64,000 nt of DNA from Octopus sinensis (GCF_006345805.1 NC_043003.1:82150001-82214000); one strand, 5' to 3'. Shown: positions 13,313-25,879, counted from the first letter of the stretch. The notes: generated from the letters alone by a model not told the origin. Numbers and translations: made by a program.

Positions 13313-13428
13313 AGGTGGCAAGCTGGCTGAATCGTTAGCATGCTGGACCAAATGCTTAGCAGTATTTCGCCTGTTGCTACATTCTGAGTTCAAATTCCAC
13401 TGAGGTCGATTTTGCCTTTCATCCTTTG
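13155..13428 (+). mobile_element. SINE family M tail + (ATT)n + second SINE M head
   Basis: TAAGTACTAGGGGTCAATATAATCG tail, then (ATT)n at ~13209-13311, then AAGGTGGCAAGCTGGCTGAATCGTTAGC...GAGTTCAAATTCC...GCCTTTCATCC. Confidence 0.8.
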
Positions 13429-13869
13429 GTAGTTAAGATCTTAGGGTCGAATCATCTTGAAATTTGGAACGGATCTGTTCAATATGTAATCTCGGTGTTG
13501 TAACAATTTGCGCCCTAGTTATATTGTTATATGTTATTTCTTTTGAGGTTAGTCGGCACCTGTTTATTTAACAAAAGTTTGGTATTTCTTTCATTCTGGC
13601 GATTTTGCGATCATTACTAGCCATTCCAATACACACATACATATATAGGTGTGTGCATTTTTGCATGAAATTTTTATACTTCAATCAGTGTATGTGTGTG
13701 TGTGTGTGTGTTTGTGAGACAGTTTTAAATTTATATTAAAATCATTATGCATATAGGACAAAAAGTACAAATAAATTCAGCTAGCATTTTGCAGACAAAC
13801 TATCATAATACCAAATTTTCTATGCTTTGTTTTTATATGAATATCCATATTAATATTTCTTGAAACAAC

Positions 13870-14060
13870 AAAACGTCGAGCTAACAAAATCATTAGCTCA
13901 CCGGCATTTATTAACAGCATTTCGTCAAATTCCGCCGGGGTCGACATATTCATTCATCCTTTTGTGGCCGGTAAAAAATAAGTGTCAGTTGTACACTGAT
14001 ATTGATTTAAATGGCTTAACTCTTCCCCAAATCTGCTGGCTTTGTGCCAAATTTTTGATA
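13870..14060 (+). mobile_element. Old SINE family M copy
   Basis: Degenerate GAGCT...TCAAATTCCGCCGGGGTCGAC...TTCATCCTTT...CTTTGTGCCAAATTT. Confidence 0.6.
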
Positions 14061-15223
14061 ATATTTCTTAAAATTATTGCATATTATTAAATGACACTGT
14101 AATGGATGGAGATAGTCACTCTATATTGCAAAATAGGAAATTCCTCGTTGATCTTAGGAATCATACTCCACTGTAACATAATTACCATAGTACCCCTACT
14201 GTGAGTGAAATACGTCTTTACAGTAATGACAACATTAGCACATAATGATATATTAAGCACGTTTCCATCCACAACCGTTCTTTTGACACAAACTGCTGTG
14301 AATTTATGAACACGGTTTGACTTTCTAATTTATTACTATTAAATAATAATCGTGTTATGATCCATTTAGCCTATTATTAGAGTCGTTGATATTGTATTAT
14401 AAGCATAGCGTTTTCAGTGCAATTTAGATAATCTGACTAAATCGCCATTATATGGTTACATGTATTTAGTTTTAGATTTATTCAGCAAAAGTCATGTATC
14501 TTATAATTGATGAATGTTAAGACTTAACAATTATGACTTACACCCGTTTACCTAATGCATTTTCATCATATTCCATTGTAATTGAAACGATTATATTGGA
14601 CGGGGTGAAGTAACAGATTATGATACAGGCTCCCGATGACTTTAGGGGACGACATAATTTAAAATATGTATTCAAACGTATACGCTTCACATCCGATCTT
14701 AATGTATTTCAAAAAGATTTAAATGTATTTCGAAATATTTTGTACAACTCTATCTATATAAACATCAAAACGATGAACTTTTGAGCATAAAATTAGAATC
14801 GACATGGTCTGTAAGGTAAAATACTAAGCAATGCATCATTTTTTCTTCCTTTTATCAAATAGTACAACATAACAAATATGGCACTACTAATTATAGTGAA
14901 CTGATGACCTAGTAGTGAAATCAATAGTATTGTATAATAAAGTACTGTGAGGAGTATCACTAATTATAACCATGTAGTTATAATGACTACATAAAAGTTA
15001 AATGATGCTTCCAGATGCATGCCTCAAGTGGGCAGTGATGCTTCTGCTTCAGTACTAATTTCTACATCACCTATCACTTCAAAAGTTCTTCATTTGTCAA
15101 ATATGATAAAATGAAATTACAAAGTTTATTATGCCACAAAATATATTATATCTATGTACTTAGTTATTTCACATTGGGAAATACATCTAAGACTATATTT
15201 CTACAAATTATTGCTAGTTATAT

Positions 15224-15275
15224 TTTTGTGTGAAATAAGAATTTTGTGTGAAATAAGAATTTTGTGTGAAATAAG
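15224..15275. repeat. 18-bp tandem repeat, 3 copies
   Basis: TTTTGTGTGAAATAAGAA repeated. Confidence 0.9.
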
Positions 15276-15544
15276 GGTACATTAAAAATTAAGAAATGTG
15301 ATGTAATTAGTCTTCTTTGAACTCAATTATGGGTTAAATAGTAGCATTGTTCTGCGACAACATCATGTGGCAAGCAAAAATATCAAATGTTGCTGAAGGA
15401 GAATGCGCAAATTTGTGCAAGATTGGGATTAGTAGCAATTGATAAACTATATTATCTAAGCAAAGTGAATATTTAAGAAACAATTAAACAATTAACAAAA
15501 TAATAGATGTAAAAAATAAGTGAAATGCAATAAATAAAGTATTA

Positions 15545-15600
15545 AAACGCTTTGCAGGATCTCAAAGAGCTAAGAATTATTCAAGGAGAGAGAGTGAGAG

Positions 15601-15654
<54 letters not shown>

Positions 15655-16110
15655 TCTTTAGATGAGAATACCTCAGGAGATACAAGTAAATTGCGAAATA
15701 GACTCAATAGAAAGAACGCGCTCAAGGCAATGAATACATGAGTTGTCTCTTTAATGTGGTAAAAGCGTTGTTAGATGGATAACGAATGATCCTGAGAAAA
15801 TGAACGGAAAAACCGAGAAAGCGATGACGATGAACAAAGAACTGTACCTTAAAAACGATGTCGATAGATTGCCTGTGTCTTGAAAATAGTGGGAAAGAGG
15901 ACTCATAAGAAGCGAGATCTGTGTGGTCAATAAGAAAAGGTTTAGTTTGAGATGGAACGCTAATTAAGCAGATATAATTTTTGATTGTTGCTGTTAGAAA
16001 TAGCAACAGGATAACTAGTGAAAATGTAACACAACAAAGAAAATTAAGAAATAAGATGGAGAGCAAAGATTGAATCACTGCAAATTTAAAGTGATACACG
16101 GGTGAAGGTT
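15545..16110 (+). mobile_element. Decayed R4/Dong-like (RLE-type) non-LTR retrotransposon fragment, post-RT region
   Basis: Plus-strand translation with stops and frameshifts: EYLRR...LNRKNALKAMNT...VRWITNDPEKMNGKTEKAMTMNKELYLKNDVDRLPVS*K*WERGLIRSEICV...KVIHG. Resembles the conserved DRKTRK...LHPKSDVDRLYxxRxxGGRGL motif. A (GA)n tract has expanded inside it. Confidence 0.75.
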
Positions 16111-16166
16111 CGAGGAATGAATAGTTTATTCATATGCTACATTATCAATAACAAAAGGAAATTGGG

Positions 16167-16325
16167 GATGAGCTGGCAGAATCGTTAGCATGTCTGGCAA
16201 AATACTTAGCAGCATTTCTTACGTTGCCGAGGTCGGTAAAACAAGTATCTGTTGAGCACCGGGGTCGATGTAATCGATTTAGCTTCTCGCCGAAATTTGC
16301 TGGCCTTGAGCCAAAATTATATATC
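16167..16325 (+). mobile_element. SINE family M, internally deleted
   Basis: GAGCTGGCAGAATCGTTAGC...CCGAGGTCGGTAAAACAAGTATC...GGGGTCGATGTAATCG...GCTGGCCTTGAGCCAAAA. Confidence 0.75.
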
Positions 16326-17386
16326 AGTAGAGAAAGGAAATATATTCTTGATTAAATATATCAATTAAGACTAAAAAAGCATTTATTTCTTTTACATCTT
16401 GAAATGCAACAGAAATTTCTTTTAACCCAATATATATTTCAAATATATAATTATTCTAATAACCTTCATGATTTTAGCATACATTACTAGATGTAAATTG
16501 GAGTTCGATATATAATTTAACCACATACGCATGGTTGAACGTAATATTCAGACAAATTTCTTCTTGTGAATTTTATCGTAGTGTTTTATTCACCCTGTAA
16601 GAAAGCCTAATTTTTAGAATATTGATTACATATTTGTCTATGGCAGTAATATCATTGAAAACTTTGACAGATCGCACAGGAGATTTCCACTATTACTTGA
16701 ACTATAATATAATGTTGAACATGTGTACATCTTCAAAATAGACCTGAAAGGAAATGTAATTAGCAAAAATCGTGTTCTTTTACCCATGGTATTTTTATGT
16801 TGTTAATGTTTCAAAGAAGTTATTTATAGAGTTATTGTATTAAACACTCTCCTTTTTCCCTAGTGTTCACTATTGATTATGCAAAATATTTTTGATGTAG
16901 TTATTCAAACCAAATTAATTCATCATCGTTCACTAATTGGAAATTAATTATAATGTCATTAAAAAGTAATTCATCAGTTTTAGGCATGGAATAATAATTT
17001 AATTATGTAGTTCATTTATTTCAAATCATTTACGAATATTTTACATGCATATTTTATACTCACCCATGAATGAATGACAATAAGGCCGAATAATGTATCT
17101 TCTCAATTACAAATCAAGGATTGCATATTCTGTATATGTCATAAATGTTTTGAAATTTCAAAATCAATATTTTAAAATATACATATTCAAATTAATTAAG
17201 TCACAAATCAAGATTATCTCATACAAAACCAAAGTTACCAGAATTTTATTGTGATTAAAATAGTCACTGTTCTTTCCAAAATTGCTCAATCCCAAATACT
17301 CAAAACTTCTCTCTTCGGCAAAAATATCCTAGGCTTATTTCTCTTTGGATTTGATGTAGATAAATTCTAACTATTATCTGATCATA

Positions 17387-17607
17387 CAGGATTGGCCAGA
17401 AGTTACCTGACAGTAAATCAAAACTAACTCTAAGATAAAAACCAAAAAATTATTTGATATGTGACTTCGCAAATAAATAGACAAATGTTGAAAACAAAAA
17501 CGGTAATTTTAACTCACAACATTCAGAATTGGAATAAATAAATAAAACTGAATATTCGGTACTTATGGAACTTTGATTTACTGTCGGGTGACTTTTGGCC
17601 AACCATG
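17387..17607. mobile_element. Tc1/mariner-type MITE (221 bp)
   Basis: 36-bp TIRs (CAGGATTGGCCAGAAGTTACCTGACAGTAAATCAAA; 5 mismatches to the right end) with TA on each side (17385-86, 17608-09). Confidence 0.88.
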
Positions 17608-19241
17608 TATTACTTTCTTCTCGTTATACGCAGAAGATATATCTTTAGACACTACTTCCTACTTATTAAATTTATTTCATGTTACCCAACAGATAATTAC
17701 TTTTGACACTGATTTATGCTTTCATATAATTCCCTACGTCAATTAGTATACTTATTTGTTTAGTTCTGAAATCAGCTCTGACCTTGTAGATATATGGCCA
17801 AAGGCTTTTAAACTTTACCAAATCGTACTTTGTTTCAGAAGTAGTGTATCGAATATATCCTTCTCTTCATTTTGGATGTTAGATTGCATGATATAAGAGA
17901 TCATTTTACTATTATTTCTGACAAGCTGTAAGACGATGAAGTGGCTTACTCTATTTAACTCGAAATTGTTACACTGTCGAATATTGTGGTAAATATAAAA
18001 TAAATAAGAGAAATTTCAGATACGTAAAAAGAACCAACATATTACAATTTTGGATGAATAGCTGATTAACTAGGTAAAATACATGAACACTACAAATTTT
18101 TTCTTCTATTTGTCACACATAGCTGTTGCATTTTCCTTCAGAAACAGCGTCTAATCTACGAAGTTCAAGGATGCCTTTAATGGATTCTTAGGTATAATTT
18201 CTAGAACAGAAAGATTACTAGGTAATACTGTTGTATTTATTATGTTCAACCCGGAAACGAACTGAGTGTTATTCTACACTCTTCATAACATGTACAAACG
18301 CAAAGAAAAGTTTACTTGACATATATTAAGTACAGAAGAAACAGTTTTATTATAGAAGATGGGTGTTAATAGTGTAATAAATGCAAGAGATACACATGTA
18401 CAATTAGAATAAAGGAAGAGAGGAGTGTCTACCATTTCATCTACTTCAACTAATTGGAATTTAATGCTTCGACTGTCATTAACGTTTCTTAAGAGGGAAG
18501 GCAGTATACTTCCACATACAAATATACAACTCTTTACACTGATTTTATTTGTTATACACATTTACGCACAAACCCACCTACATTGTCACGTATATTATCA
18601 CTCATGCAAACTCAAATTCACACACTTGTAACGAAACAACACACACAGAAATTGTATTGTGCATATGTGTGTGTGCATGCGTGTGTGTTTGTGTGCGTAT
18701 GTGCGAGAGAGAGAGGAGGAGGGATAGAGAGAGAGATTGGCTGTGTGCTCAAAGAAATGTTTTCTATTTAGAGTAAACGAATTGAAAATAAAACTTTTTA
18801 TAGTTGTCTTCTCTCTTGAAATTTCTAATTATACTCATCATTAGGGTCATGCGTACACATTTACGCAACAACTGTTATATTCTCTTCTCTCCCCACATCT
18901 CTTTCTCTGTCCGCCTCTGTCTATCTTCCACTCTCTTTCTCTCTCTCTATATCACTCTGTGCAATCGTGTGTATTTGCATGTATTTATGATAGTATACGT
19001 GCTAAGCAATGTGTGCTGGCGCTCTCACAAATATGAAATGATCTGCATATTTACAAATACATATGTCAGCTTATAAACATGCAGTGTAATATGAATTATC
19101 TACCTCGTAATATTGTTACACTTTTAAGCAGAGTGTTTGTGAAGGCAACTAAAGTCAATGTAGAAAAAGGAATATTGGATAAAAATATAAATTATCTTCA
19201 TATATCTGACTATATTTACATTCGACAGATTGTTTGTTGTT

Positions 19242-19282
19242 AACACAACGTTTCGGCTGATAAACCCTCCAGCCTTCTTCAG
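19242..19282 (-). ncRNA. Minimal type I hammerhead ribozyme motif (5' arm of stem I lost)
   Basis: Minus strand: CTGAAGA-A-GGCTG-GAGGGTTTAT-CAGCC-GAAAC-GTT^GTGTT. The copy at 7721 retains AACAC, which would pair with GTGTT. Confidence 0.65.
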
Positions 19283-19355
19283 GAAATTTACAACCTGGGT
19301 TCTCATTCCTAAGGTATATTTCGATGTCTTTGTTATTATTATTATTATTGTTGTT

Positions 19356-19429
19356 CAGATCACTGCCTGGAATTGAACTCGGAATCTTGGGATTAGTAGC
19401 CCGTGCTCTTAACCACTACACCATATACC
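19356..19429 (-). other. tRNA-like sequence with Pol III A and B boxes inside the Penelope 3' end
   Basis: GGTATATGGTGTAGTGGTTAAGAGCACGGGCTACTAATCCCAAGATTCCGAGTTCAATTCCAGGCAGTGATCTG: A box TGGTGTAGTGG, B box GAGTTCAATTCC, tRNA-like spacing. The acceptor stem pairs poorly, so not called a tRNA gene. Confidence 0.75.
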
Positions 19430-19459
19430 AATGAGCAATTATGGAGTGAATTTTGGGGC

Positions 19460-19789
19460 TTATAAATCTAATATTCTCCTATCCTTCCTTAATACCGGTT
19501 CCCATATGCTACTCATATCTGCACTCGGCCTGCTTAGGAGGATGTTGTGTCCTAGCATGTGTGCTGCTTCTTTTAGTTTTCGTATTTTCCAGTGCTCTTT
19601 TCTGTCTATTATTTTCACTTCATCCCACAGAAGCAGGTTGTTTCCATTTTTCCATACATGATCAGCTATACCCGATTTATCGATATCTCCTCGTGTCACA
19701 GCTTTGCGATGTTCGTCTACCCTTATTTGGAGGGGGCGGCATGTTTCTTCTTTGTATAACCTGTCACAGCTGCATGGGATGGAGTACAT
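19460..19789 (-). pseudogene. Penelope GIY-YIG endonuclease domain (degenerate)
   Basis: YSIPCSCDRLYKEETCRPLQIRVDEHRKAV...SGIADHVW...WDEVKIIDRKEHWKIRKLKEA. Confidence 0.9.
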
Positions 19790-19923
19790 TCAGTCTTTAG
19801 TCATATTCTCTTCTATTGGTGGTTTTACTCGAAGGAAATATTTGCGAAGTGTTGTATTACTCTTGAATACTGTCCTGATGTCATATGGGCCGCATATATT
19901 TTGTATTTTTTCGAAGAGGCCTT

Positions 19924-20466
19924 TCAATGGGGTAGACAGACTGTGGACAGTTTATTGGTCTCATCCTCTCTCTTCTTCATAATTGGAGTGGATAGTATAC
20001 TTTTGAGGTAGTTGTTGCTTAATAGATTGTTACTGAGCTTGATCATTTCTTCGTGGTGGGTATCAAAATCGCTATTTATATTCTTAGCTCGATGTTTTAG
20101 GCACTGAGCAATCCCTCTCTTTACACTGTATGGTTGGTGGGAATTGAAGTTGAGGTATCTTCTAGTAAAGGTCGGCTTACGGTGTACGGATGTCCTGAAT
20201 CCATACTTGGGGCGTTTTATTAATACGCCCAGGAATGCCAGCTGATTGTATTTTTCCTTTCCCATTGTAGACTGTATGGATGGCTTTGTTGAGTTCACAT
20301 GATCTAATAACACTAGGACATCTTCCTGGTGGGGCCAGAGTATAAAGGTGTCATCAAAATATCGAAGCCATAGTTTTGGTTTTAGTGGTTTTGATCCTAA
20401 AGCCAAATTCTTAAAGTATTCCATGTCGGCTATTACCGGTGATAATGGCGAACCCATATCTAAACT
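19924..20466 (-). pseudogene. Penelope reverse transcriptase, C-terminal half
   Basis: MGSPLSPVIA, WLRYFDDTF, FLGVLI, VHRKPTFTRRYLNFNSHQP. Frameshifted relative to the endonuclease. Confidence 0.92.
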
Positions 20467-21884
20467 CTCCTCTTGTCGATATATATCCGTCGAATGTAAA
20501 GAATATCCGTCAAATATAAATAATGTGCATCATTCATCATCTCTTAGATATAGATCTGACTATATTTGTTTTCAATTTATAATCTGAACTCGTCTTCATA
20601 TTACATCACGCTTTTGTACTGCATCTTCGTTTATATAGAGAGATATATCGTTGCTTCTATGTTACCTTTCAGTGTTGCGATAGGAACTGGATTGTAAATT
20701 CTTTTTCCACTCTATAATGTCACTGTATGTAGGTAACATTCGTATAATCTAAATAGAAATATAGTTTTCCTACCATAGTTACACTAATTATATTGCATAT
20801 TATCGTTTTTGTATCGACTCCCTTTTACTGAACAGTAAATATTTGGTTAGGTTTTAGAACGTATCTCTTAAATATAAATGCTATTAACATACAAAATCTA
20901 GGAGAAACTGAAGCCTTGTTTTATTTATTCAATTTTTTTTCTACTTTTGCATGTGTTAGTACATTACGTTTCAAATACATAATTTAAAAGGATTACTGCC
21001 TATATGTATAAAACACAATAGCATGAAGGTATTCATTGATAAATATCATATTATGTTGCATTAAACACCCTGGGAAAGCAACACAGCTGACATAAGTTCA
21101 CTGTACCGTCCCCTTCAATTATTAATTCTTCGAAATTCTACAAAACTAAACAGTAGTATTCAATCTATGCTGCTCAAAAGTGAGCAAAAATAATACTGCT
21201 CAAAAATGTTATTTGGAATGAAATATATAAAAATTAATTTTCGTATTTTCAGAAAAAAAATATCATCTCCAGGAACACGGAAATTGTGCAAATTAATGAC
21301 GTTTACGAATCACTTTCTATTATATTTGTAATTACGTAAATCGATTGAGTAACGGAACTTCTGGCATGTCAAAACAAGCACATAATTTATTGGCATGAAA
21401 TCAGTTGCTAGCACATCTAGCCTCAGTCTAATTGACATGATACTTTGCAATGCTTTTTGTTCCTACATAGCTACTATCGTTACCGCATGTTCCCAGCGTT
21501 GTCTAAACTGTCAGATTCAAACAAATTATCTAGATCATCTTTATCATCGCCCCCATATTTTTTCCAGCGCTGCCACTCTACTAGCAACTTTATCCGGCTT
21601 TGCCCTGCAGAAAATCACACACTAATTCTATTTGTGTCCGTGTGTTTTACTTGCAATCCGTAAACGTACGCTTATTCGTGTATTGCATTGCTTTCAAGTG
21701 ATACTTACTATGTTACAGTAATATTACATGTCAAATTAAATAAAATAGAAGCAGAAACTCCCTTTCTTTTGCGCCATATAAACATATCCTTATCCATATG
21801 TAGCTTCACCTGTTGACTTTACGTGGAATATTAGATGTTGATCCCGGGTACAATCTATGTACTTACGTACAAAAGAGGACTTGT

Positions 21885-22030
21885 GCGCCGTCTTGATAGT
21901 GTGGTTAAGAAGTTAGTTTCGTAAGTACAAGGCTTCATATTTGGTGTTGCACCTGCGGCAAGTGTCTCCTACTATAACCCCAGTTTGTCTTTTGTCTTCT
22001 GAATGATTTTGGTAAACGGAATCTGTGTAG
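21885..22030 (+). mobile_element. Old SINE family C head (tail resumes at ~22690-22885)
   Basis: GTGTGGTTAAGAAGTT...GGCAAGTGTCTCCTACTATAACCCC...TTTGGTAAACGGAA. Tail-like GCAAAAG...AGAATAAGTAC...AATAAAAGATAA downstream. Confidence 0.6.
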
Positions 22031-22050
22031 AGTAGCATATATATATATAT

Positions 22051-22431
22051 GGAGGCGCAATGGCCCAGTGGTTAGGGCAACGGACTCGCGTTCATAGGAT
22101 CGCGGTTTCGATTCCCAGACGGGGCGTTGTGAGTGTTTATTGAGCGAAAACACTTAAAGCTCCACGAGGCTCCGGCAGGGGATTGTGGTGATCCCTGCTG
22201 TACTCTTTCACCACAACAGTCTCTCACTCTTACTTCCTGTTTCTGTTGTACCTGTATTTCAAAGGGCCGGCCTTGTCACTCTCTGTGTCACGCTGAATAT
22301 CCCCGAGAACTACGTTAAGGGTACACGTGCCTGTGGAGTGCTCAGCCACTTACACGTTAATTTCACGAGCAGGCTGTTCCGTTGATTCGGATCAACCGGA
22401 ACCCTCATCGTCGTAACCGACGGAGTGCTTC
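22051..22431 (+). mobile_element. tRNA-derived SINE family R, full length, inside (TA)n
   Basis: GGAGGCGCAATGGCCCAGTGGTTAGG...GGTTTCGATTCC...CGACGGAGTGCTTC. Paralog of 8101-8470. Confidence 0.92.
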
Positions 22432-22445
22432 TATATATATATAGT

Positions 22446-22518
22446 ACGTTTAAATATATAGTGCGTGTGTTTTTATTGGCTAAACTGGCAATATGACCAT
22501 TCCGAAATATAACAATAT
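22446..22518. repeat. Short dispersed repeat identical to 55179-55245
   Basis: AAATATATAGTGCGTGTGTTTTTATTGGCTAAACTGGCAATATGACCATTCCGAAATATAACAATAT occurs at both loci. Confidence 0.9.
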
Positions 22519-24661
22519 ATATATATATATAAATATGTATTAGAAACGCCGAATGAGTTGGTGTTTCACAGAAAATAAAATGATGTATATCTCAAACGCA
22601 GAATAACTGAAAGCTGCTTGGAGAATTATAGTGCCACGCAAATAGGTGAGTGTATGCACATGTGTGTGTAAAGGAAAGAGAGATTGAGTGTGCGTGTGTG
22701 TGTGTGTTCGAGTTTGTTGATTTGCTTTACCTCGCTGGAACTTAACTTTAACTTAGTTTTGCAAAAGTACAGACAGAATAAGTACAAACTTTACAAGAAA
22801 TGTACCGTAGTCACTTGTTTCAATAACCCATCAAAGCAGCACCCCAGATGAACGCAGTTCAGCAATTGTAACAAATAAAAGATAAATGACACCTCTTACA
22901 ATTTAGAAGTTTTTTTTATTTTTTTTATTTTGACTGGCTTTGTCTGTACTGACAAGTTTAGAACAATATAGTATGTGTATGTTTATCGTACTACTTACTA
23001 AACACAGTTTCTCAATTAAAATACGTTGCCCTGACGAATGGTAATGGTAGAGACAATAGAGTGATGAGTTGAATATCGAGTAAAATTTAAGTATCTTTTT
23101 AGTATTTGCGTTTAAATTGCACCGTATTTCGAGTATTAAAAAATAAGTGCCAGCCAGTAGGTTTAACCAACACCTTCTAAATTGACGCCCTGTAATGTTC
23201 GAGATTCACCGCATTGAATATTGGTAATGAGGCAAGTAGTTAAACGAAAAAGTGGGTGAGTTTTGAATACTTGTTACAGGTTTTCATATTTTATGTTATG
23301 AATTAAAATTCTGCATTGATTGGTTAGTGTTGAAAGCTAATATGCCAGCAACATACTGGTACCAATATATTAACCGCATTACCTCTATTAAAATGATTTA
23401 GCTTGCTCCTAATAAACACCCTCCATGCAAAATCCAATCGATTGAATTTAAATTCGTGTTGGGTGTTCCATTAGAAACACCATCTAATTGTTAAAGAGAC
23501 CAGTTGGTTTAATCATCTCACAAATGCCAACCGAAGAACTTCCAAACTGATAATCAATCAAATCACTTTCAGTTGCCTCTTATGTATGAAAATACAACTT
23601 GCAAGTCCTTCTCTTACAAAGTAATACTAAATAAGCAACGAACAGGCTCTCTACTTGGACACTTAATATAGTTTGAAATGGTAATGACGTCTCAAATAAC
23701 AGCCTTTTGACACTATACGTTGTTAAACGTGGTTCTTCGTGCACATTGCCTGACAAAGCATGGAATCATCACAGCTTCAGTTTCGTTTGGTCATAGGAAC
23801 GCTTAAGTGGGTTCCAATGGTGGCCAAATAACCAACAACAACAAATAAAAAAAAAAGAATCTGGTGGCAATTTGAGCTCAGCATAACAGATCAGAACTTC
23901 ATTAGTAAATAAAACAGTTCACACACCACATAAAAGGCCAAAAAAGAACTTTTCTTTGCCAAATTGCCACACCCAAATGTTAATGTACCTTCCAACATTT
24001 ATGACACAAACTACTCTGACTATTCATATATACGCAATTACGGAAATACAAATATATACACACTCTCTTGAGCAGTATCAATATTGTTCAGTCACTTCGG
24101 AACAGATAGATTATTATTACAAAACGTGAGAGACACCTGAATGTGTAAATGTTTGGTGAAACTACTAATGATTCTATCTCTTTCATTGACAAATAATGAA
24201 GTCTCTATATAGTTATAACGATCGTATATCGATGTGTTTGCGAATATTTTCGTCATGTTGTCTCTCTACAAACAAATGGCTATTCACCTCATTACATATA
24301 TTTGTTACGTTACACAAACATACACATTTGTGTGTGTGTGTGTGTATGTGTGTGTGTGTTACAAAAAGTATTCTGCTTCTCTCACATCTAATGCCATTTT
24401 ACCTTCCAAATAGAAGTCTTGTGAAAATAAAAACTGTCAATCCGATTTTGCATTAAAATTGATGACAGTCTAAAATGAGGTTTGTTTAAAGTTTAATGTA
24501 TGTCAAAACTTTGAAATGTTGCATAAAAGAACATTTTCGATTCAACGAAAATAAGTCAACTGAACCAAAATTACTTATCCTAAGGTCTTTGGTGAATTAA
24601 TATTAGCATTATTATTAAAATTAGAATTACCTTATGGCATTTAATGTACGTTTTATATCTG

Positions 24662-24792
<131 letters not shown>

Positions 24793-25179
24793 GAAAAGCA
24801 GAGAAACATATGGATAGTCAGGCAAATATAATTAAAGGATGATGTACAGAATGACGTTTGCAATTGTTATTAGTTACTGGAATTTGTCTCCAGCAGAAAT
24901 GAGAAAACAGGCCACATGGGGTGGTTATCAAATAAAAGAGAAATAAAGATAGAACATAAAGAATAGAGAATAATTTCTCTCGTTAATTTACGTTATTAAA
25001 CATAGTATCTACCTATGTTTCGGTTTGAACAAAACTCGTCACCAGATTCCTTATTACTGAATACTTGCTATCAGTAGCTATGGTGTTCGTATCACTGGCT
25101 ATTACATATGGAAAATAAAGTACGTATGCATATACATTTGCGCTTATAAATCCATATACATCAGGACGGTAAATTTTTA

Positions 25180-25586
<407 letters not shown>

Positions 25587-25594
25587 ACCATACA

Positions 25595-25879
25595 CTCCCA
25601 GGCACAAATCCGGGCAAGGATGTTTATGGAAGACCAGCAGTCGCCCATGCATACCGGCGTCCCCTCTCCACGCAACCAGTGTCATCCAAGGGAAAGGCAA
25701 AGGCCGATAAAGCTTGGCACCTCTGATGTCGCAACTCATTTCTACAGCTGAGTGAACTGGAGCAACGTGAAGTAAAGTGTCTTGCTCAAGAACACAACTC
25801 GCAGCCCGGTCTGGAATTCGAACTCACAACCTCACTACCATAAGCTTGACGCTCTAACCACTGAGCCATGCCCCTTCAC
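25595..25879 (-). mobile_element. tRNA-derived SINE (head related to 60657-60890, different tail)
   Basis: Minus strand: GGCATGGCTCAGTGGTTAGAGCG...GAGTTCGAATTCC...GTGTTCTTGAGCAAGACACT...TTCACGTTGCTCCAGTTCACTCAGCTG. Confidence 0.85.

Larger units (their letters stand above)
19218..20553 (-). mobile_element. 5'-truncated Penelope-like element with 3' pLTR and inverted pLTR tail at the 5' end
   Basis: RT fragment + GIY-YIG, 3' pLTR at 19218-19430, plus-strand (inverted) pLTR tail at ~20483-20555. Flanking direct repeat ATCTGACTATATTT at 19204-19217 and 20554-20567. Confidence 0.9.

Noticed and set aside
18142-18191. AG...GT-bounded exon-like segment (similar acceptors near 4370, 48784, 55359, 63432)
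   Set aside because: Splice-like signals are common in this base composition and no coherent reading frame links them.
22051-22125. tRNA genes at SINE heads (also ~8101, ~25810-25875, ~60660, ~62050-62122, 19356-19429)
   Set aside because: A and B boxes are present, but acceptor stems pair poorly and each runs into a repeat body.
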